The position numbers and the translations under genes are program-made. The notes under the pieces are model-generated. The model ran no database searches. It worked only from the letters and a program-made list of their open reading frames with translations, and was not told where the DNA came from. From the sequence record MK774614.2: DNA of 64,000 nucleotides, one strand, 5' to 3'. Position 1 is the first letter of the stretch. Every line of letters begins with the position of its first letter. Positions 10,322 through 20,139 of this stretch are shown piece after piece.

Positions 10322-13300
10322 GTGAACGACACAGAAAAACTAGGTATCGCGAATGCGCTATTAAAACACCTTAATTTAGATGCGTCTAAATTACCCGAAT
10401 TCTTGATGGATGATAAAAACAAACGCACCTTATTAGATGATCCGAATGATCGTGTTCTAGCTCACTACGAGGAAGAGTCACTCTGGACACTCAAAACAGT
10501 ACGGTTCTTAAAAGACTTCTCTCGTTTTGGGGCAGGGATTCATAAAGAAACGAATAACCGCAGTTTCTTACGTACTGCAGAACTTTTTCGTCAAATGGGA
10601 ATTAAGAACTATTATTTCCATTTGCAATTAAATAACCCATTGCTTGCAAACGTCGATCCATGGGATCCTAACTTATCCGATGAAATCAAATCCATGATCT
10701 TGGTTGAATGTAACCAGAACATCTGGTATTGCGTTCGAGAAGTGATTAAGATCGATGGACGTCGCTTTAGAGCTAACCGTGCGGTTATCTCATTTATCTG
10801 GTCTTGTTTAAACCATCTTCCCACGCTAATTTTGATGCCTAGACAATCCGGGAAAGGACATCGACGTAGTACCCCTGTACGTATCCGTGGTGGAAAGAAG
10901 AAAATAGAGGAGTTGCAGATCGGTGATATGCTAATGGCGTGGGATGGAACAGAAGCGCCATTGATCGGCATTCATCCTCAGGATAAACGGGATATTTATC
11001 GTTTTACCTTTGTAGATGGACGAACAACTGATGTGGATGACACTCACCTCTGGACAGTCTGGGATGCAGGCAAGGGTCGTAGAGGGAAATGGAGAACGAT
11101 TGATACCATTGAAGTGATTAACCGGATGGAGGAACTTAAGTACGCTAAGAACCATCTTTCCATTCCTTTGGTGTTACCGGACAAAGTCACTCCTCATGCT
11201 GATCTTCCTGTTCATCCTTATCTACTGGGTGTATTGATTGGAGATGGAACATTAAGTTACTCTACTGTCCAATATACCAAGCCGGATGAATTGCTAAAGC
11301 AACGGGTTGAGAAAGTCATTCCTCCTGGTCATGTGCTTGGTAATAGTAGTTGTCCTAAGACAGTCTCCATCATCATGGGACCTGACTTTGATAAAACTAA
11401 ACACGTTAGTATTAAAGATAGAGTTACCCAGCTTAATCTTTCTGACACCAATGCCTTTACTAAGTTTATTCCAGAGAGCTATCTAAATGCAAGTCACGCT
11501 CAGCGAGTTGCTTTGCTTCAAGGTTTGATGGACACTGACGGAACAGCTGAAAAGAAAGGGAATACTTATTACTCAACAAGCTCTGAAACGTTAGCTAAGA
11601 ATGTTCAAGAACTTGCGTGGAGTTTAGGCCATATTTGCTCAATCACCACCAGAGAAAATCCCAAGTACACTTATAAAGGAGAAACACTCACTGGTCAGAA
11701 AGCATATCGTGTTAATATTCGTTCTAAGGAACCATGGTTGCTCTTTCAAGATCCTAAACGGATTGATCGAGTTAAACATTGTTTCAGGGGAGCTAAGTTT
11801 AATAGTAAACTTGCGATATACAGCGTTGAGAAGCTCCCTGAGCAAGAGGAGACGGTTTGCCTAGAGATTGATCACCCTGATTCTCTCTTTGTGTTAGATA
11901 ACTATGTCGTGACTCATAACACAGTTGGGATGCAAGTGATGGCGTTCATCATGCAGTATCTCATTGGGCGTGGTTTCCGAGCTGGTTTGATTACACTGGC
12001 GGCATCTAACCGAATGCAGTTTGTTAACGCCATTAAGAAGATCCGTTCTGGATTACCGGAATACTTGGTTAATATGACCTACAAGGATAATGATGCAGGT
12101 AACATATTAACGTACCAGGCGTTTGGAGAGAGCGAGAAGAACACATTTGAGGTTCGGGTACCTAGCGGTGGTGAAGATGGCGCAGAGAACGTCTCACGGG
12201 GTAGTACGTTTGAAATGCTGCTTGTGGATGAACCGGCGTGGATGAAGTACATTGAAAACATCTTAAACGGTGCGGGTCCTAGTACACTGACTGCTCAGAA
12301 AAACGCTCGGGAAAAGGGGATCCCTTATTTTACTGCAAAAGCAACCACGCCTAACAGTATCTTAAAAGAAGAAGGGAAATACATGTATGGAGAGATGATG
12401 AGTAGCACAGAGTGGCGCGAAGCGTTCTTTGATAGCTTCTCGGAAAGTCATCTGGTTCAGCGTGTAATGAAAGCCTCTCCTGTGAGTACCACACATCCGC
12501 AGATCTGTATGCAGTTTAACCATTTACAATTGGGATTTGGTAAAGACTGGGTCAAAGAGACCATGGACAAGTTAAGACTGAGCTGGAGTAAAGCGAAGAT
12601 TGACTTGTTGATGATGTGGACTGAAGAAGGGAAGAATAAGGTTTTCGATGACAAGACTCGAGAGTGTTTAGCGAATGGGAAATCGGAAGCGATTTGGAAT
12701 GAGGAGATTGGAGATACTGGGTTATTCGTGGATTGGTTTATTACTGAGAGTAAGTTAAATGAGTATATAAGCGATCCTACGGAATACTTCCTGATCGGTG
12801 TGGATACGTCAGACGCCATTGACCGAGATGCGTGTACGGTCGTTATACGGCGTTTGAAGAGTGGTGAGAACGTGGCAGTGGGACGTTATCCATTGGCGTT
12901 TCTGGATGATGTAACAAAAGTGCTATTGAACTTGTTGCTGCGTATTGAAAATAGTCTGTTGATTATTGAACGTAACCGTGCGGCGCACATGATCGATACA
13001 CTCTTGTTGACGCTACCGTCTTACGACATTGATCCATTTAAACGTATCTTTAATGACATTTATCAAGATCCCATCAAATACAAAGCGGAATATAAAGACA
13101 TTCAAGACGTGCATTTTAAATTTAGAACAAAAGAGTTCTATTTAAAACACAAAGGGCGATTTGGTTTTTATACCAATGCAACCACACGTTCTCAAATGTT
13201 TAACTTTATATTGGAAGTGGTGAGTGTCACTGGAGCGGGGATTCGGTACGGCCGGTTAATTGATGAATTGATTGGACTGGAAACGGACAGTGAAGGTCGA

Positions 13301-13708
13301 ATTGATCACACTCGTAAAGGTCATGACGACTTGGTCATTGCTTGGTTACTTTCTTATTGGTTTATTAAACTGGGTTATAACAAATCCATGTACGGGATTC
13401 CACAGGGACATACCTTGACAGACGTCAGAACACTGGTGGAGGATCCCGATAAACCGCATTACAGTAAAGATCAACTGGAACTCTTTATCCGAGTGAAAGA
13501 GAGAATAGGGGAATTAACAAAAGAGCTGGAAGAAACGGATAGTGATATGGTTGGATCTCGTATTGAAATGGAGATTCGTAAACTCAGTGAATTTATTCCA
13601 AAAGAGCTTCGTAAAACAGTGACAGTGGATGAGATCATTGGGAACGCGCATTTAGAAAGAAGTAAGCGCAGAAGTGCAGGGCGATTTAATCGTTTTGCAA
13701 GAGCATAA
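10322..13708 (+). CDS. terL: Terminase large subunit (phiKZ gp25-like), intein-containing
   Basis: Walker A PRQSGK|T split by an intein; Walker B LLVDE; nuclease motifs IGVDTSD and HDDLVIAWLL. Confidence 0.93.
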   Translation: MNDTEKLGIANALLKHLNLDASKLPEFLMDDKNKRTLLDDPNDRVLAHYEEESLWTLKTVRFLKDFSRFGAGIHKETNNRSFLRTAELFRQMGIKNYYFHLQLNNPLLANVDPWDPNLSDEIKSMILVECNQNIWYCVREVIKIDGRRFRANRAVISFIWSCLNHLPTLILMPRQSGKGHRRSTPVRIRGGKKKIEELQIGDMLMAWDGTEAPLIGIHPQDKRDIYRFTFVDGRTTDVDDTHLWTVWDAGKGRRGKWRTIDTIEVINRMEELKYAKNHLSIPLVLPDKVTPHADLPVHPYLLGVLIGDGTLSYSTVQYTKPDELLKQRVEKVIPPGHVLGNSSCPKTVSIIMGPDFDKTKHVSIKDRVTQLNLSDTNAFTKFIPESYLNASHAQRVALLQGLMDTDGTAEKKGNTYYSTSSETLAKNVQELAWSLGHICSITTRENPKYTYKGETLTGQKAYRVNIRSKEPWLLFQDPKRIDRVKHCFRGAKFNSKLAIYSVEKLPEQEETVCLEIDHPDSLFVLDNYVVTHNTVGMQVMAFIMQYLIGRGFRAGLITLAASNRMQFVNAIKKIRSGLPEYLVNMTYKDNDAGNILTYQAFGESEKNTFEVRVPSGGEDGAENVSRGSTFEMLLVDEPAWMKYIENILNGAGPSTLTAQKNAREKGIPYFTAKATTPNSILKEEGKYMYGEMMSSTEWREAFFDSFSESHLVQRVMKASPVSTTHPQICMQFNHLQLGFGKDWVKETMDKLRLSWSKAKIDLLMMWTEEGKNKVFDDKTRECLANGKSEAIWNEEIGDTGLFVDWFITESKLNEYISDPTEYFLIGVDTSDAIDRDACTVVIRRLKSGENVAVGRYPLAFLDDVTKVLLNLLLRIENSLLIIERNRAAHMIDTLLLTLPSYDIDPFKRIFNDIYQDPIKYKAEYKDIQDVHFKFRTKEFYLKHKGRFGFYTNATTRSQMFNFILEVVSVTGAGIRYGRLIDELIGLETDSEGRIDHTRKGHDDLVIAWLLSYWFIKLGYNKSMYGIPQGHTLTDVRTLVEDPDKPHYSKDQLELFIRVKERIGELTKELEETDSDMVGSRIEMEIRKLSEFIPKELRKTVTVDEIIGNAHLERSKRRSAGRFNRFARA
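10856..11920 (+). mobile_element. Intein with LAGLIDADG homing endonuclease (355 aa, class 3 signature)
   Basis: Starts GHRRSTPV after GK and ends VVTHN before Thr+1. LAGLIDADG blocks YLLGVLIGDG and LLQGLMDTDG. Block B THLW, block F TVC, block G T-H-N. Confidence 0.92.
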
Positions 13709-13716
13709 AAATGTTT

Positions 13717-13750
13717 CTACTCCTTATTCCCAGTTGGGAATAAGGAGTAG
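13717..13750. terminator. Perfect 16-bp hairpin after terL
   Basis: CTACTCCTTATTCCCA-gt-TGGGAATAAGGAGTAG. Confidence 0.7.
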
Positions 13751-13870
13751 TTGTTGAGGATGTTTATTTCAAGAATGCTATGATCTATGGGAAGAGACAG
13801 GAACCCATAATACATTGGTCAGTAATACTTTATAGTGGTGTTTAAACTAACTATTAGTAAGGAAATAAAC

Positions 13871-15856
13871 ATGAGCAGTAATAACCCAGTGGGATCTACC
13901 GCAATGGTGGATCTTTTTTATAATGCCGGGAATTTAGATAAGGCATTAAACAGTGATCAAGATCACTGGCGTGATCGTTTTGGTAAAGAACGGATCACCT
14001 ATGCGTACATGGAAAAGCTAGCTAATACACAAGCATTGGTGAATCAATCAAGAGAGTCGTTACGAAGAAGTTATGCAGAAGTAGGATTAAATTTAGTTTC
14101 AGGAAGTTTTGAGCAAGGTGGAACACTGGAATCTGAAACAGATGTTTTATTGGAAGAGAAATCCGGTAAAGTCTATGGATGGGAAGGAGACTTTCCAAAG
14201 GTTGTTCCTAGTAAATCTTTACCTACTGCAAATGGATTTGTTTTACGTATCCATACTTCGCTAAGAGAACAACTGGGAATTTTTCCAGAGGGAGGTATAA
14301 GAATCTTATCCAGTGATAATGATATAAATTCAGTTATATCTTCATTACCAGATAGTGGCGGGATAGTTTTATGCCCACCTGGAGATTATACAATCACTGA
14401 CGTGGAATTGCGTGACAACATAACAATTGCTGGTTTTGGTAATTCTACCGTTTTTCATGTTCCGGAGAATCGACAGGGGTTTCAGGCCATTAGTAATGAC
14501 CCAGACCCTAGCTCTAATATCAAGGGCATTATACTTAGAGACTTTAAGATCAAGGGATCAGGAACCTTTAATGAGCACAAACATCTAATAGATTTAAATG
14601 GCGTATCTGATTACATAATTGAGGGTATCTTTGCGGAAAATCCGCAAGGTGACCACATTTATTTAGGTTCGGGTCGAACCCCAGGTATGGAAAGACATAA
14701 CGTAAATGGTCTAATTCTCAATAACAAATTTATTAGTAATGGTGTTGGTAACCGAAATGCTATATCAATAATTGATGCTGACGGTCTTAGTGTTTATAAT
14801 AATGATTTTGATGGGTGCTCAAGGCCATCAATGCCCGGGGACATTGATCTGGAACCAAATAACAGTTTTTCTGTTTTAAAAAATATTAATATTTATAAGA
14901 ATAGAAGTAAGAATTGTCGAGGGTCTACAGCCATTGTCGGATTATTTGTTAATATTTCGACTGGGTTTAACCAAGGAAACTATGAAAACATTAACATTGT
15001 TAATAACAAATTTGAAACCCCTATTAATAGTTCTTGCGCTGACTTCTTTGTAGATTTTAGCCAGAACACCTGGGTTGATGATAAAACGTTACCTATTATT
15101 ACATTTGTCAATAATAAATCAGTCGGAACGAAGATACCCTTTATAATTCGCTCTGCTCCCCATGTTAGGTTTGAAAGAAACATGTACCGTGATTTTTATC
15201 AATCTGCATTAGTGGGTTTATCACGTGAAAAGGATGCTGTTCATCTGATAGAGATCATTGGTGATGATTTTGATGATTTTCTAAACGGTGTCTATGCTGT
15301 TCGGTTTATGAATTTTAAAACACTTCGTATTAAATATTCTAGTTTTGGAGAGTTGGGCAACGGGTCTAGTAACGCAGCGCCCTTGGGATTTGTCAATGGG
15401 CGTTCTGATACCATAGAGATTTCTGGCAACACCTTTAATGGAAATAACGGGGCGCAAAAATGGATTTACTCGTCCGGTCACGTGTTTTCACCAATTAACA
15501 ATATTTGTCGCGATAATATATTTAATAGTCATAAACCTATCATGTTTCCTGCGTATAATAACAATGGTCCGCAGGAATTTAACAACGGGTACAGCGCCAA
15601 CACCCCTCCATCTTTATTGCCGCTTGGTAAAACAATTTCTTGCATAAATTCCCCGGATAGTGGCTTACCTCCCGGATATACACAAGGTATTCTTGCAACA
15701 TCAAAAATAAATGCAACCAACGGATTTTGTTGCCAACAATTTTTTCCTAGGGATGATGGTGGGATAAACAAAAAATCGGAACAAATATATAGAACTTCTA
15801 ATTCGTCTGGAGATACATGGCACGGGTGGTACAAACTCACTGGGATAGGGGTTTAA
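13871..15856 (+). CDS. Tailspike / depolymerase (beta-helix) 1
   Basis: N-terminal NNPVGS..DLFYNAGNLDKALNS..W.DRFG anchor; GSFEQGGTL..VYGWEGDFPK module; N/G/D-rich pectate-lyase-like body (LCPPGDY, GDHIYLG, IDLEPN). ATG 13871 has AAGGA upstream. Confidence 0.8.
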   Translation: MSSNNPVGSTAMVDLFYNAGNLDKALNSDQDHWRDRFGKERITYAYMEKLANTQALVNQSRESLRRSYAEVGLNLVSGSFEQGGTLESETDVLLEEKSGKVYGWEGDFPKVVPSKSLPTANGFVLRIHTSLREQLGIFPEGGIRILSSDNDINSVISSLPDSGGIVLCPPGDYTITDVELRDNITIAGFGNSTVFHVPENRQGFQAISNDPDPSSNIKGIILRDFKIKGSGTFNEHKHLIDLNGVSDYIIEGIFAENPQGDHIYLGSGRTPGMERHNVNGLILNNKFISNGVGNRNAISIIDADGLSVYNNDFDGCSRPSMPGDIDLEPNNSFSVLKNINIYKNRSKNCRGSTAIVGLFVNISTGFNQGNYENINIVNNKFETPINSSCADFFVDFSQNTWVDDKTLPIITFVNNKSVGTKIPFIIRSAPHVRFERNMYRDFYQSALVGLSREKDAVHLIEIIGDDFDDFLNGVYAVRFMNFKTLRIKYSSFGELGNGSSNAAPLGFVNGRSDTIEISGNTFNGNNGAQKWIYSSGHVFSPINNICRDNIFNSHKPIMFPAYNNNGPQEFNNGYSANTPPSLLPLGKTISCINSPDSGLPPGYTQGILATSKINATNGFCCQQFFPRDDGGINKKSEQIYRTSNSSGDTWHGWYKLTGIGV

Positions 15857-15965
15857 AGGTGCTTAAAAGTTAAATTATTTCCAGCTCCATAATTAAAACA
15901 CAAAGTAATTATACCTAAAAAAATAATGGTATTTTAATGAGTATCTAAACAACAGGATTTTTTTA

Positions 15966-16373
15966 ATGACATTAGAAACATTTCTTTCTCGTTATCAGTA
16001 TAAACCAGATCCCATTAAAAAAGATATGTGGGAAATCCCTAAACTTGTTAACAATCAATATTTAGATGATTGTGACGGGCTTGCACTAGGGATTCTTTTC
16101 TACGTCCTGGCTAATGAATCATGGTTTAAATTCTGGTTCTTGCTCATGTTTACCAATACCAAAATTATCTATGTGATTACCAGTAAAGGTATTGGTCATG
16201 TTGTGCTTAAACACAAAGACCTTTATATCGATACGTACTCAAAAGCATGGGTAACTAAACAGCAACTGCTTGATTACGGACATAAGTTCCACTGGTCAAG
16301 AATGTTCTTGTTTTGGCAAGTTGGGATTAAACTTGGGATCACCAAGCTTTATTCATTATTGAAAATTGTATAA
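15966..16373 (+). CDS. Small transglutaminase-like cysteine protease-like protein
   Basis: DDCDGLAL...GHVVL...YIDT gives a Cys-His-Asp order like the BTLCP family. Confidence 0.5.
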   Translation: MTLETFLSRYQYKPDPIKKDMWEIPKLVNNQYLDDCDGLALGILFYVLANESWFKFWFLLMFTNTKIIYVITSKGIGHVVLKHKDLYIDTYSKAWVTKQQLLDYGHKFHWSRMFLFWQVGIKLGITKLYSLLKIV

Positions 16374-16375
16374 TA

Positions 16376-16409
16376 AACTCTCTGGCTACCACTAGGTAGC
16401 CAGAGAGTT
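16376..16409. terminator. Bidirectional terminator between convergent genes
   Basis: Perfect 15-bp stem AACTCTCTGGCTACC/GGTAGCCAGAGAGTT. Confidence 0.75.
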
Positions 16410-16420
16410 CTCAATTGTGT

Positions 16421-17092
16421 TTAATAAGCAAAGTACTTCTTCATTTTGTCTTGATGTTTCTTTTGCTTCTTCAGCTCTTTACTTTGGGCAACGATTTCCA
16501 ATACATGTTCAATATTTGTTTCATGTGGTTTTAGAATCTGAACATTAACATTGTATTGGTCAACAAGGTGATCGAGTGCTCGAAGGTATTTATTCCGGTA
16601 TTGTTGAAACACGGCTTTATCTTTAAACATGAGATCTTTGGCATTGATCTCTCTACCTTCGCTCTGAACCTTCTGTAAGCGCGCTAGGAACTCTTCGTGA
16701 TTAATGTCGATAAAGAGTACCAAGTCAGGCATCAAATCAAATCCATGGTCTTTGAGAAGCTGTTTGTTGACTCTTAAGATCTCACTGGGAGAAACTGCAT
16801 CGTCGGATTGATAAACCATTGATGTAATAAAGTTTCGATCACTGACTACGTCTCTTCCGTGACTGATGTATGGCCCAATCACTTTTTGGAAAACTTCTAG
16901 ACGACTACATGCGAAACCTTGGATCTCTTGATCTTTGGTCAGTTCATTACTGACCAGTTTGGCTTTGAATGCTTTACTTTCCGGTGTTTCGCAAAAAGGT
17001 TCCATTGTCATTCTTGCTTTTAATTTTGCAGACAACACCTTTGACAATCCACTTTTACCGCTAAAATCAATTCCTTCGACAACAATGTACAT
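16421..17092 (-). CDS. tmk: Thymidylate kinase
   Basis: VVEGIDFSGKS P-loop, SDRNFITSMVYQ motif, PDLVLFID. Confidence 0.92.
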   Translation of the reverse strand: MYIVVEGIDFSGKSGLSKVLSAKLKARMTMEPFCETPESKAFKAKLVSNELTKDQEIQGFACSRLEVFQKVIGPYISHGRDVVSDRNFITSMVYQSDDAVSPSEILRVNKQLLKDHGFDLMPDLVLFIDINHEEFLARLQKVQSEGREINAKDLMFKDKAVFQQYRNKYLRALDHLVDQYNVNVQILKPHETNIEHVLEIVAQSKELKKQKKHQDKMKKYFAY

Positions 17093-17173
17093 TCTTATCC
17101 TCACTAAATTAGGTTATCCCGTGATAAACTGAGTTAATCCGCTACTTTTATTTAGTAGCGGATTAATATTATC

Positions 17174-18652
17174 TTATTTGTAATAATCCATGGTCAATGT
17201 TCTAAGCACAATGTATAACATCAGCGCAGTACGCAGTTGTGAAACTGTAAACTGGGTTTTAATCCCCGTGGAGAGTTTAACAATCTCATCCCCATTACGA
17301 CGTAATTTATGGATTAACGCATTAATGGATTTGTTACTCACATACGCACCACGTAACTTGAACATGATGCTGTTTAGGTCATTATGTCTCAAGTTATTGC
17401 TGGCCAAGTATTCAAACAGATGAGTAACCACATCATCAACAAACTCTTTGTACTTTACACCCTTTGCGTGCGCATACTGAGCAGGATACTCTTTGATGAT
17501 ATTAACCAGCTTATCTTCAAACTGCCCAGCGGTGCGGGTATCGTCCATAGCCCGCGCTGCATAACTGACTAACTCTTGTTTAAAGAAGCTGTGTTGATCT
17601 ACCAAGATACCAGAAATATAGTTACGGTATTTGTTAACTTGTTTCTGGACATCTTTGATATTGACTTCACCATCCATGATCGCAACACCCGATTCTGTTT
17701 GAACCAGATCAACGGAATCTTTTACTTCATACAAGACTTTGGTGTAATCGTTCATTACACCTTTTAAACGACTCTCCATGTCGTTGACCATGTAAACAAT
17801 TCGTTTGTCATCATTCATCTTGGTGAATGTGTCAAAGTGGATCCCTGTTTTGCGATCGATGATAAACTCGCCACGGGCTCTAAAGAGTGCGTTCCAACTT
17901 CCGTATCGCTTGATATCAAACTTTAAAGAAAGCTTGTTATACGCCGTTTGAGCCACGCTGGGTTTAACCAAATACCCAAAATAGTGGTTCATGATCGATG
18001 TTAGAATACGATAATGGAAAAGCATGACCAAGTTAATCAATGCTTCTTCTTTCATTTGATGATTTAAATCCGAATTATAAACCCGGTACATCAAATACAC
18101 AATCGACAAGTTAAACGCATCAGAGGAGACTTTAAAATCCCGATTGATCCATTTCGTTTTGATCAGTTCATCTCGCAGTTTAATTTCATCGACATCAATA
18201 ATGTCATTAAAGAATGAAACACGATCCGAGGTTTTAAACAAAATACGATGGGTTCCCAAATAAGGGGATCCAAAGAACTCAGTATGTTCATTATCCTTAG
18301 TGGCAAAGCCGTAAACAAAACGTCTCAGTGTCGACACCCACCGCGGGTTAATAACAAGATTATCCCCCACTAGTGCGTTGAAGATGTCCAAACAAGCATC
18401 ATCACGATCATAATTAAAATTAGGGCTCAGTGCTTCTAGCCCACTGATATAATCAAAATTAAGATCGAGTGACTCCATCCCGCCAAAGGCGTTTAGTTTG
18501 ACTTCTGGTTGAAAAAGAGAGGTAACTGATTCATTACCTTGATGTTGGAGTAGTTCGTAAAGATCATTAACATCCCCTGCCCAATCTTGTTCTAAAGACC
18601 GAGTAGGGGTTGGATCAAAACGACTAGCAACTTGAAAACTTTGACTAGACAT
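17174..18652 (-). CDS. Conserved phiKZ-like virion-associated protein
   Basis: 492 aa with a typical composition; position next to tmk and terminase as in phiKZ-like genomes (synteny only). Confidence 0.5.
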   Translation of the reverse strand: MSSQSFQVASRFDPTPTRSLEQDWAGDVNDLYELLQHQGNESVTSLFQPEVKLNAFGGMESLDLNFDYISGLEALSPNFNYDRDDACLDIFNALVGDNLVINPRWVSTLRRFVYGFATKDNEHTEFFGSPYLGTHRILFKTSDRVSFFNDIIDVDEIKLRDELIKTKWINRDFKVSSDAFNLSIVYLMYRVYNSDLNHQMKEEALINLVMLFHYRILTSIMNHYFGYLVKPSVAQTAYNKLSLKFDIKRYGSWNALFRARGEFIIDRKTGIHFDTFTKMNDDKRIVYMVNDMESRLKGVMNDYTKVLYEVKDSVDLVQTESGVAIMDGEVNIKDVQKQVNKYRNYISGILVDQHSFFKQELVSYAARAMDDTRTAGQFEDKLVNIIKEYPAQYAHAKGVKYKEFVDDVVTHLFEYLASNNLRHNDLNSIMFKLRGAYVSNKSINALIHKLRRNGDEIVKLSTGIKTQFTVSQLRTALMLYIVLRTLTMDYYK

Positions 18653-18661
18653 GTGTTAACC

Positions 18662-19510
18662 TTATTTTCTACGTGGAACTAGCATCCTCAGCGAGTCCGA
18701 AACCCCTTTAGGATCTGCATAAGCAAGATAACGTTGAATTTCTTCTTCGAAGAACTCTCTGAATTGTACACCAGCGTCACGATACTCATTAACTTCTTCT
18801 CGTATCTCGTCAATAGAGACACCAAAACGTGCAACAGCTTCTTGCATCCCGCGCCGACAGGTTTTATAGATATAAGCCTTTACGCCCAATTCAACCAGTT
18901 TTGCCATCTGGAAATAAGATTTTGGAGGTATTGTGCTAAAGTGTTCATCATAACTTAGAACAACCTTTGCCACCATGTTGAACATAGCGGATCCAGCATC
19001 ACGGATTAAGAACGTGTTATTCCCTACCATAGTAAAATGAGTGTAAACACGTTGGACTTGTCCGTTATCTAATCCTTGCATTAACCGGTTCATGGCATTG
19101 CCCATCTCACCGCCACCATTACAAGTCTCATAAGAACTGAAGTTATAACCAGCTGCAACAGCACGATTAATGTTTCCAGGATAAACTTCTAAGACACTTA
19201 GGATTTTTCTTCCACCTGTTAGGAAATCAGGAACGTTAACGTGAATAGTCCCGCCAGAAAGGCTCTTTATATGTGCGCCACTGAGATCTATAATTTCCGT
19301 ATTTCCTGAGGCTGCATTAAAAAGAGGGTTAATCATTTTAGCAATGACCTTTTCTCTAATCCCTTGTTCAATACTGTATTCAGTATTTTGATCACCCCAG
19401 ACAAACCCCGTGCCGTTGTTTGGATTATCAAAGGCAAGCTTTAATAAATAGTCACTGATGTCGGAAGTTCCTTCGACAACATATGAGATGCAAAAATCAA
19501 CCATGTTCAT
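18662..19510 (-). CDS. Conserved phiKZ-like virion-associated protein
   Basis: 282 aa, AAGGA RBS, co-directional with 17174..18652. Confidence 0.5.
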   Translation of the reverse strand: MNMVDFCISYVVEGTSDISDYLLKLAFDNPNNGTGFVWGDQNTEYSIEQGIREKVIAKMINPLFNAASGNTEIIDLSGAHIKSLSGGTIHVNVPDFLTGGRKILSVLEVYPGNINRAVAAGYNFSSYETCNGGGEMGNAMNRLMQGLDNGQVQRVYTHFTMVGNNTFLIRDAGSAMFNMVAKVVLSYDEHFSTIPPKSYFQMAKLVELGVKAYIYKTCRRGMQEAVARFGVSIDEIREEVNEYRDAGVQFREFFEEEIQRYLAYADPKGVSDSLRMLVPRRK

Positions 19511-19562
19511 GATTGTTTCCTTTTAATGAAGTTTGGTACAAAAGATCGACCAGCAAACATAA

Positions 19563-19597
19563 CCCCTACCCAAGCCCCATGAAGGACCTGGGTAGGG
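19563..19597 (-). terminator. Hairpin ending the tRNA-region transcript
   Basis: CCCTACCCA...TGGGTAGGG stem; on the minus strand it ends GGGTAGGGGTT, the same motif that ends the elements at 23514 and 27890. Confidence 0.5.
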
Positions 19598-19619
19598 AAT
19601 ACATCATAATTAATGTCCT

Positions 19620-20047
19620 TCCCACTGCTCCCATCAATACGATATCTCGTGGCCTTTGAGATAACATAAAGAAAGAAACAGTAGGCTGAGCACTAAAGCA
19701 CAACTTCCAAAGCGACCAGCCTTGGCGGACTGTTTACCGTTAATCATTGTTTGGTCTGGCGACTGGAGGGAATGTAATCCCTAGACCTGCCCTCAGGCAT
19801 TCTTTTCTGCAGCGCAACAAAGATCACGATATTCAAGCGCCTTGAATAACAAGGTCACTTTTTGGTTACAGTTAAACCAAATATAATAGTGAAAGTTAAC
19901 GCACCAGCGCCCAGCGCAAGTATCGTTAAATACCTTTCACACCCAGCTGGAATCAACCAGCGAGATTGGGAATCCTTCTATCTGTAGACAGCTAAATACA
20001 ATTTGTGCTAAAGAGACAAAGCGAATCAAGAAGGCACAAATAGAAGG
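19620..20047 (-). ncRNA. Candidate structured non-coding RNA downstream of tRNA-CAU
   Basis: No ORF of 60 aa or more; nested stems (19889-19901 with 19924-19940; 19830-19837 with 19841-19848; 19974-19980 with 20041-20047). Confidence 0.4.
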
Positions 20048-20052
20048 AAAGG

Positions 20053-20130
20053 TGGTGGTCCCTGGAGGATTCAAACCTACCGACATCTCGATTATGAGTC
20101 AAGAGCTCTAATCAACTGAGCTAAGGGACC
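20053..20130 (-). tRNA. tRNA with CAU anticodon (closest to Ile2, lysidine type; Met possible)
   Basis: GGTCCCT/AGGGACC acceptor, GCTC/GAGC D-stem, CT-CAT-AA loop, encoded ACCA. Resembles E. coli ileX. Has A19/T56 and a one-base T-stem bulge. Confidence 0.9.
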
Positions 20131-20139
20131 TGGGTTAGG

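Noticed and set aside
19745-19790. Possible third tRNA or tmRNA 3' end (minus strand AGGGA-TTACAT-TCCCT-CCAGTCG-CCA)
   Set aside because: The loop is 6 nt without a T-loop consensus, and I could not build a matching acceptor 5' strand, D-arm or tag ORF.
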